From NCBI GenBank assembly GCA_043817235.1, contig JBDRHA010000007.1, positions 73,212 to 137,211 on the forward strand: DNA of 64,000 nt, read 5' to 3'. Numbering within the stretch: position 1 is the first letter of the stretch; every line of letters begins with the position of its first letter. Made by a program: the position numbers and the translations under genes. This document shows positions 57,614-64,000 of the stretch, in pieces. Source of the DNA: Candidatus Shapirobacteria bacterium. Lineage in GTDB: Bacteria > Patescibacteriota > Microgenomatia > UBA12405 > BS750m-G30. The notes under the pieces are model-generated. The model made no database searches, was not told the DNA's origin, and was given only the letters and a program-made list of their open reading frames with translations.

Positions 57614-59274
57614 AAAGACTATTAAAGAATACGAGCTTTATCTTGTTTATAATTTTTCTAATTTCAGCTGCCTTTAGGTTCTACAAGCTTGCTAATTATC
57701 CGGTTTCTTTAAGTATTGATGAAATAATTATTGGCTATGATTCTTATAGTCTGCTAAAAACCGGCAAAGATCATTGGGGAGAGGCTTTTCCTCTTGCGTT
57801 CCAATCAATTGGAGATTATAAACCTCCGGTCTTAGTTTACTTGATGGTGCCGGCGATAAAATTTTTAGGACTTAATGAGCTTGGAATCCGTTTTACTATC
57901 GCCTTATTCGGTTCGCTTACTCCTTTGCTTGCCTATTTTCTTATTAATCTTCTTATTAAAAACAGAAACATTGCTTTGATTTCCGCTTTTCTTCTGGCTA
58001 TTTCTCCCTGGCATATTAATTTTTCCCGCTCTACTTTTGAAGCTATTCTGGCCTTATTATTAATGCTTGCCGGGGTTTTAGTTTTTTTAAAGTCAAAAAA
58101 TGGGAAGCTCTGGTGGTTTTCCGGCCTTCTTTTTTCCTTGTCCATATATTCCTATCATGCCGAAAGAGTATTTGTGCCCTTATTCTTAATTGCTCTTTTG
58201 GTAATCTTTTTTGACCGAATTAAGAAAAATAGCAAAAATGCTCTACTCGCTATCGTAATTAGCCTTATCTTTCTCCTTCCTTTTTTCCAGCTCATGTTTT
58301 CCCCTAAAGGTCAAACCAGAGCTAAGACTGGAATTTTTTTAAACGACTATGAATTTGCGACGGTAAAGATGTCCAAGGTGGAGCAAAAAGGGGCAACCGA
58401 GATTGACCGGGTTTTAGCTAACAAGGGAGTTCAGGCCTTGTCTTTCTGGGCCAAAAGATACTTAGAATATTCTGATCTTGACTACCTATTTTTTGGGGGA
58501 ATGGGCTATACTCACGAAAAATATCCGGATATTGGAGTGATGCATTATTTTGAATTAGGGTTCTTTATTTGGGGATTAATCGCAATTATTGGCAAAGGGG
58601 TTAAAATATCAGGACAAAATAAAAAACTTATTTTTGTCTGGTTATTATTAGGCCCCATTCCGGCCACGTTGGCGAATAATTCTCAACATCCGCTAAGGAG
58701 CTTAACTGCTATTCCTATTCCGCAGTTAATTTCTGCTATTGGAATTTATCAGTTTTTTGGCTGGGTGAAAAATCTCAAGAAGTGTATTTTTAAATTTTTG
58801 ACTCTTTTGCTTTTTTTCGGAGCAGTTTTGGCCTCGCTTGTTTATTATGTATTTATTTATTATGTCCATTATCCGGTTCATTATTCCCATTACATTATGT
58901 ATGGAATGAAGGAGATCGCTTTATACACCTGGGAAAATAGGGATAAATATGACCGGATTATTATTGATGGAGAATTCGGGATAGAAGATAAAAATATTGC
59001 GGGAATTCCTTTTGCCTATGTCTTGACCCATAATAAGGTTGATCCTTTTGTTATTCAGCAGGCCAGACAAGAAGGAAAAGATCCTTTGTCTTTTGAGAAT
59101 TTTACCTTTCGGGGAGTTAATTGGCCTGAGGATAGTCAGCTCAAAAAAACTCTTTTGGTAGCCAGCGCCTGGCAGCTTCCGCCACAAGATATTTCTCAAG
59201 ACCAGATTGTTAAAGTGGTTTCTTTATATAACGGCCAGCCAATGTTTTATTTAGTGGAAACAGATGCTCAATAA
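57610..59274 (+). CDS. GT-C (GT39/PMT-like) membrane glycosyltransferase
   Basis: DE..IGYDSYSLLKTGKDHWG, GDYKPP, SPWH..FSR..FE, SYHAER. Confidence 0.8.
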   Translation: MKRLLKNTSFILFIIFLISAAFRFYKLANYPVSLSIDEIIIGYDSYSLLKTGKDHWGEAFPLAFQSIGDYKPPVLVYLMVPAIKFLGLNELGIRFTIALFGSLTPLLAYFLINLLIKNRNIALISAFLLAISPWHINFSRSTFEAILALLLMLAGVLVFLKSKNGKLWWFSGLLFSLSIYSYHAERVFVPLFLIALLVIFFDRIKKNSKNALLAIVISLIFLLPFFQLMFSPKGQTRAKTGIFLNDYEFATVKMSKVEQKGATEIDRVLANKGVQALSFWAKRYLEYSDLDYLFFGGMGYTHEKYPDIGVMHYFELGFFIWGLIAIIGKGVKISGQNKKLIFVWLLLGPIPATLANNSQHPLRSLTAIPIPQLISAIGIYQFFGWVKNLKKCIFKFLTLLLFFGAVLASLVYYVFIYYVHYPVHYSHYIMYGMKEIALYTWENRDKYDRIIIDGEFGIEDKNIAGIPFAYVLTHNKVDPFVIQQARQEGKDPLSFENFTFRGVNWPEDSQLKKTLLVASAWQLPPQDISQDQIVKVVSLYNGQPMFYLVETDAQ

Positions 59275-61294
59275 TATGGGATTGCTATTGGTAACTTTTT
59301 TAAAACTATTTATTTTTATTCCCTTGACTTTATTGGTTTTTTACGTTCCGGGTCGGGTTTTAATTGGGAGCAAAAATGGGGGACTTGATGATTTAGAAGT
59401 TGTTGCTCTTTCAATGACGCTGGGAATTATTTTATTTGTTTTGTCGGCAATACTCTTAGGATTATTAAATTTCCGAGTTCTTTCTTTGCCTATTTTATTA
59501 GTTATTTTTACTCTTGGCTTAAGGCGTTACAAGGGAGAATTTTTTAGGCTTTTCAGGGCTATTTTTGCTGATAAAAAACTGCTTTTGTTGTTATTTTTGG
59601 GAATTTTGATTCAGGGGTTTATTAATTTTCCGAGCGGGTTTACATACAAGGAAGGAATTCATTTTTGGAGCTCACAGGGTCATGATGGGTTGTGGCATGT
59701 TGCTTTAATGGAAGAAGTAAAAAGAAATTTTCCTCCCGGAAATCCTCTTTATCCCGGCCATGTTTTGCAAAACTATCATTATGCGGGCGATATTTTAATG
59801 GGCGAATTTTATCGTTTATTTTCTTTTTTAAATCCTCTTGATCTTTATTTTCGCTATTATCCGGTTTTATTTTCTTTTTTAATCGGCCTTAATGCTTTTG
59901 TTTTTGCTAAAAAAAAATGGAATTTATTAACTGCTTACTGGGCCGTCTTTTTTGCTTATTTTTGCGGTAGTTTTGGCTATATTTACTTAATCCTTAAAGG
60001 GAAATTTCCGCTAGGAGGAGAAACTGTTTTTTGGGCCTCTCAAAATAATACTATTCTGGGAAATCCTCCTCATGCTTTGGGAATTATTATTTTGACCATG
60101 ATTTTCTTTCTTCTTGTTTTATGGCAAAAAGACAAGAAGAAATATTGGCTGCATCTGGTTTTTCTCTTGGGCGGAGCACTGATGACTTTTAAAGTCTCTT
60201 CAGGAGGAGTTTTAGTAGCTGGTTTAATCGGGGCAGGGGTTTGGCTATTTATTAAAGAAAAAAAGCTTACTCTTCTTGCTTTAGGAATTATTTTAGCAAT
60301 TACCAACTTTTCTTTATTAAAATTGATTAGCCCCAGCGCGGAGTCGTTTTTAGTTTTTGAGCCGCTCTGGTTTCCCCGCACAATGATGGTGGCCAAGCTG
60401 GATAATGTGGATTGGATTTTAAGGAAACAGCATTACTTATCGGTGGGGAGCTGGAAGGCTTGGCTCCGAATTGTTCAACTAGAGTTAACGGCAGTTCTTA
60501 TTTTTATTTTGGGCAATACCGGTGCTAGACTAATCGGCTTAATTGGTTTTTGGCAATGTTGGAAAAAGAGTCTTAAATCGATTGATATTTTTTTAGGGAC
60601 GGGAATGATTTTTTCTTTGGCGGTGGTTTTGCTTTTTGTTCAAAAAGGAATTACTTATAATCTAATTCAGTTTATGCAGATTTACTTTCATATTTTGGGT
60701 TTTTGCGCTGCTTCCGGTGTTGTCTATCTTTTGAGTAAAATAGAGAGAAGAAAAGCAAAAATATTAGTAAGTCTGATAATTATTCTAATCGCGCTGCCCA
60801 CTGCAATCGGTAACTTATTCGAGTTTTATGGCCCAGATCGAAAACCTTTGGCCAGAGTGAGCGATGCAGAACTGGAAGCATTTGATTGGATTAAAAGCAA
60901 CACGCCTCAGGCCGCACTTTTGCTCACAAAGCCTTTTTCGGGAAATGCTCACTATCAGTATTCTGCATTGCCCTTGCCGATTTATGCTTGGTATAGCACG
61001 CCCTATGTATTTGTTTTTTCCCAGCGCTATGTTTTTTTGACCGGTGAAGAACAATTAGATATCACTGGCTATAATTATAAACCGGATTTGCTGGCGGCAG
61101 AGAAATTTTTTAACCAAACAGATTTTGTTTTTAATCGCGAATTTTTAGCTCAAGAGAATATTAATTATATTTATCTTCGTAAAGATGAGATAATCGAACC
61201 AATTGACGAAAAAACAAACAATCTAGAGCTTGTTTTTGAAAATCAAGAAATAAAGATTTACGAGGTAAGCGGTGATGAAGAAAAAAGAGATTAA
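59264..61294 (+). CDS. Multi-TM GT-C-like membrane protein
   Basis: GHDGLWHVA, NYHY, GGET.FW, NPPHA; paralog of 51572-53277. Confidence 0.72.
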   Translation: MLNNMGLLLVTFLKLFIFIPLTLLVFYVPGRVLIGSKNGGLDDLEVVALSMTLGIILFVLSAILLGLLNFRVLSLPILLVIFTLGLRRYKGEFFRLFRAIFADKKLLLLLFLGILIQGFINFPSGFTYKEGIHFWSSQGHDGLWHVALMEEVKRNFPPGNPLYPGHVLQNYHYAGDILMGEFYRLFSFLNPLDLYFRYYPVLFSFLIGLNAFVFAKKKWNLLTAYWAVFFAYFCGSFGYIYLILKGKFPLGGETVFWASQNNTILGNPPHALGIIILTMIFFLLVLWQKDKKKYWLHLVFLLGGALMTFKVSSGGVLVAGLIGAGVWLFIKEKKLTLLALGIILAITNFSLLKLISPSAESFLVFEPLWFPRTMMVAKLDNVDWILRKQHYLSVGSWKAWLRIVQLELTAVLIFILGNTGARLIGLIGFWQCWKKSLKSIDIFLGTGMIFSLAVVLLFVQKGITYNLIQFMQIYFHILGFCAASGVVYLLSKIERRKAKILVSLIIILIALPTAIGNLFEFYGPDRKPLARVSDAELEAFDWIKSNTPQAALLLTKPFSGNAHYQYSALPLPIYAWYSTPYVFVFSQRYVFLTGEEQLDITGYNYKPDLLAAEKFFNQTDFVFNREFLAQENINYIYLRKDEIIEPIDEKTNNLELVFENQEIKIYEVSGDEEKRD

Positions 61295-62969
61295 AACGTT
61301 TTTCTTTCTTGCGGGGTTGATCAGTATTGCCGCTTTCCTTCGTTTTTACGAGCTAGCCAAGGTGCCTATCGAACTTTTTGGCGATGAGCTGGATATTGGC
61401 TACCAGGCTTATTCTCTTTTTAAAACAGGAGGAGATTATTTTGGCAATAAATGGCCCGTCTTCTTTCGTTCCTTTGCTGAATATCGAATGCCTATGTTGG
61501 TTTATCTAACTGCCCCCTTGGTCGGTTTTTTTGGTCTTAATAATTGGGCAGTGAGAGTAATTCCCGCTTTATTTGGCTGTATAGATATTATTTTAGTTTG
61601 GATTTTCCTAAAGCAGTTAACAAAAAACAAAACTATCGTTTGGACCGGGGCGATATTTATGAGTTTTATTCCTTGGCATACGCATTATTCTCGTACTGGA
61701 TTTGATACTACAATATTGCTTGCCTTCGTTTTCTTGAGTTTGATTTTCTTTTTTCGGGGGCTAAGAGAGAAGAAATTTTTGCTTTTAAGCGCTTTGATTT
61801 GGCCGCTGACTTTTTATACTTACAGCACTTCTTTGGTTTTTAGTTTGCTTTTCTTACCGCTAATTTTCTGGCTTTACCGCTTGGAAATATCAAAAGCTGG
61901 CAGAAAAACTTTAGCTTTGTCCGGCGTTATCTTTCTAGTCGTTTGCTTGCCCTTAATCGCCAATTTGGTAAACGGGCGGGCGGGAGACCGATTTTCTCAA
62001 ATCAGTTTGCTTAATGATTCGCAAATGGTTGATGAGCTTTACCAAAAGCGTGCTCAAGAGAGAGGCGGAGGGAGAATATTCCATAATAAGGCAATATATT
62101 TGGGCAAAGAATTTATTACTAATTACCTACAGGCTTTTTCGCCCGAGTTTTTGTTTATTAATGGGGATCCAAATCCACGTCATTCGGTAAATGATTTCGG
62201 TATGCTTTTTTTTGTTTTTGCCCCATTGATTATTCTGGGATTTTATTCCGCTTGTGCCGAAAAAGAAGCCAACCTAAAACGGGCTAATTATTTATTTTTA
62301 GGCTGGTTGTTGACTGCGCCTATTGCTTCTGCCCTAACAATTGACGGAGGAAGCCATGCTACCAGACTATTTTTAATGTTGCCCGCCTGGGTCTATTTTG
62401 CCTCTTTGGGAGCAAGGCAGTTCTTAAGCTTTAAGGATAAATTACTTGTTAAAGGGACTTTGGTATTGTTAATTACTGTTTTTATTGGGGAGGGGATTCT
62501 CTATTTTCATCAATATTTTTTCCACTATCCTCGGGAGTCTTGGGAATATTTTGACTTTGGCTATCAGGAAGCACTTACCTATTTAAAAGAACATGAATCA
62601 GATTATGATCAAGTTTTTATTGATTCGGCTAAAGGTCCTCCGCTTTTGCAAACTTTATATTGGTTAAAAATAGATCCTGGTTTTCTTAAAAATAATTATC
62701 AAGGCCAAGATTGGCAGGTTGATATTTTTCCGGGATTTGATGGATTCAAAATGGGGAAGTATTATTTTGGCGAGGTGCAAAATCCTCTTGCCTTAAATCA
62801 GTTTTTATCTCCCGGAATGATTTATTTGGCTTTTCAAAATACAGCCGTAGTTCCGGGAGATTGGAATTGGGAACGATCTTCTCCGGATGGAGTTCGGGTT
62901 TTAAAAATGGTGAAGAGGCCATTTGCCGATATTCCCTTAATTTATCTTTTAACCGGAGAGGAAAATTAA
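61272..62969 (+). CDS. GT-C (GT39/PMT-like) membrane glycosyltransferase
   Basis: DE..IGYQAYSLFKTGGDYFG, EYRMP, PWH..SR, GD.NPRH; paralog of 57610. Confidence 0.8.
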   Translation: MMKKKEIKTFFFLAGLISIAAFLRFYELAKVPIELFGDELDIGYQAYSLFKTGGDYFGNKWPVFFRSFAEYRMPMLVYLTAPLVGFFGLNNWAVRVIPALFGCIDIILVWIFLKQLTKNKTIVWTGAIFMSFIPWHTHYSRTGFDTTILLAFVFLSLIFFFRGLREKKFLLLSALIWPLTFYTYSTSLVFSLLFLPLIFWLYRLEISKAGRKTLALSGVIFLVVCLPLIANLVNGRAGDRFSQISLLNDSQMVDELYQKRAQERGGGRIFHNKAIYLGKEFITNYLQAFSPEFLFINGDPNPRHSVNDFGMLFFVFAPLIILGFYSACAEKEANLKRANYLFLGWLLTAPIASALTIDGGSHATRLFLMLPAWVYFASLGARQFLSFKDKLLVKGTLVLLITVFIGEGILYFHQYFFHYPRESWEYFDFGYQEALTYLKEHESDYDQVFIDSAKGPPLLQTLYWLKIDPGFLKNNYQGQDWQVDIFPGFDGFKMGKYYFGEVQNPLALNQFLSPGMIYLAFQNTAVVPGDWNWERSSPDGVRVLKMVKRPFADIPLIYLLTGEEN

Positions 62970-62970
62970 G

Positions 62971-64000
62971 ATAAAAAAGAAGTTTGAGGGGAATAAACTA
63001 TTACTATTTATTCTAGTTTTAGCTTTTATTCTCCGTTTTTGGCGAGTGTGGGAAGTTCCGCCGGCTTTAAACTGGGACGAAGTATCTATCGGCTATAATG
63101 CTTATTCGATTTTAAAAACAGGCCGCGACGAGTGGGGAAAAATTTTCCCCCTTCATTTTCGCGCTTTTGGCGAGTATAAGTTGCCAGTTCAGATTTATGC
63201 TTCAATTCCCGGAATATGGTTCTTTGGCTTGAATGAAATTGGCGTGAGAGCTACCCCTATTGTTTTTGGCACCCTAGCTGTTTTCTTAACCTATTTTTTG
63301 GCTCAAGAAATATTTAAAAACAAGAAGGTTAGTTTGCTGTCTGCATTTTTATTAGCTGTTTCTCCTTGGCACTTGCAGCTGAGTCGAGCTTCTTTGGAGT
63401 CGGCAACGGCAATGTGCTTAACTGTTGGTTGTTTATTGTTTTTCCTAAAAGGCCTTAAAAAGGAAAAGTGGTTTATTTTGTCTGCTGTTTTAGGCGGGCT
63501 GGCGATTTACACTTATAATGCGCAAAGAGTTTTTGTGCCTTTGTTTTTGCTGGGTTTGATTTTTATTTTTCGCCGGCCGATTCTTGCTTTAAAAAAAAGG
63601 AAAACAATTTTGCTGGCCGGGTTAATTTTTGGTCTTTTTATTTTCCGTTTAGCCCCTGCTCTTTTTACCCCCGAGGCCCAGTCTCGTTTTCAGCTGGTTA
63701 GCTTTGTTAATGATCCGGGTTTTGTTTTAAGAATTAATGAGGCGAGGGGAAATTTAGCCTTGCCCTCGCCCTTGCCGCGCTTAATCCATAATAAAATTAC
63801 CCATTTTTTAGTTATTTTTGGAGGTAATTTTTTGGCTCATTTTTCTCCTTCTTTTTTGTTTTTAAGTGGAGCAGGCCACCATCAGCATCATGTTCAAGGA
63901 ACAGGGGAGATGTATTTTATTGAGCTGCCGTTTTTATTACTAGGAGTTTGGTTTTTGTTAAAAAAACAGAAAAAAGAAGCTAAGGCGATGTTTTTTCTTT
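62971..64000 (+). CDS. GT-C (GT39/PMT-like) membrane glycosyltransferase, 3'-truncated and absent from the ORF track
   Basis: Frame from 63001 reads LLFILVLAFILRFWRVWEVPPALNWDEVSIGYNAYSILKTGRDEWG; no in-frame ATG upstream, so start (ATA 62971?) is uncertain. Confidence 0.75.
   Translation, partial: MKKKFEGNKLLLFILVLAFILRFWRVWEVPPALNWDEVSIGYNAYSILKTGRDEWGKIFPLHFRAFGEYKLPVQIYASIPGIWFFGLNEIGVRATPIVFGTLAVFLTYFLAQEIFKNKKVSLLSAFLLAVSPWHLQLSRASLESATAMCLTVGCLLFFLKGLKKEKWFILSAVLGGLAIYTYNAQRVFVPLFLLGLIFIFRRPILALKKRKTILLAGLIFGLFIFRLAPALFTPEAQSRFQLVSFVNDPGFVLRINEARGNLALPSPLPRLIHNKITHFLVIFGGNFLAHFSPSFLFLSGAGHHQHHVQGTGEMYFIELPFLLLGVWFLLKKQKKEAKAMFFL

Noticed and set aside
821-61054. Numerous 60-140-aa ORFs antisense or out of frame within larger genes
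   Set aside because: Shadow ORFs of well-supported genes, with no motifs or start signals.

Overview
AT-rich bacterial chromosome segment. Gene content and style (compact housekeeping genes, Thr/Pro-linker surface proteins, many GT-C membrane glycosyltransferases) suggest Patescibacteria/CPR, probably Microgenomates-like; this is inference. From left to right it holds lysS, an HD protein, serS, secA, a RAYT-type transposase between 39-bp inverted repeats, prfB, and ftsEX with a permuted M23 hydrolase. Next come a small caspase/gingipain-like three-gene module, a TasA/SipW locus and trmD. The main finding is an integron-like platform at about 20.1-27.6 kb: an IntI-like tyrosine recombinase lacking the integron-specific I2 insertion, a divergent attI-like site, and six gene cassettes separated by non-canonical attC-like hairpins. 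Four of the cassettes are bracketed by their own terminal inverted repeats. Downstream are tRNA-Pro(CGG) overlapped by a large serine recombinase, a divergent SelO-like kinase-fold protein, tsaD/tsaE, and a ~25-kb glycosylation cluster running off the right edge. Four genes carry single-base frameshifts that look like sequencing errors. All protein calls come from motif recognition by eye; no searches were run.
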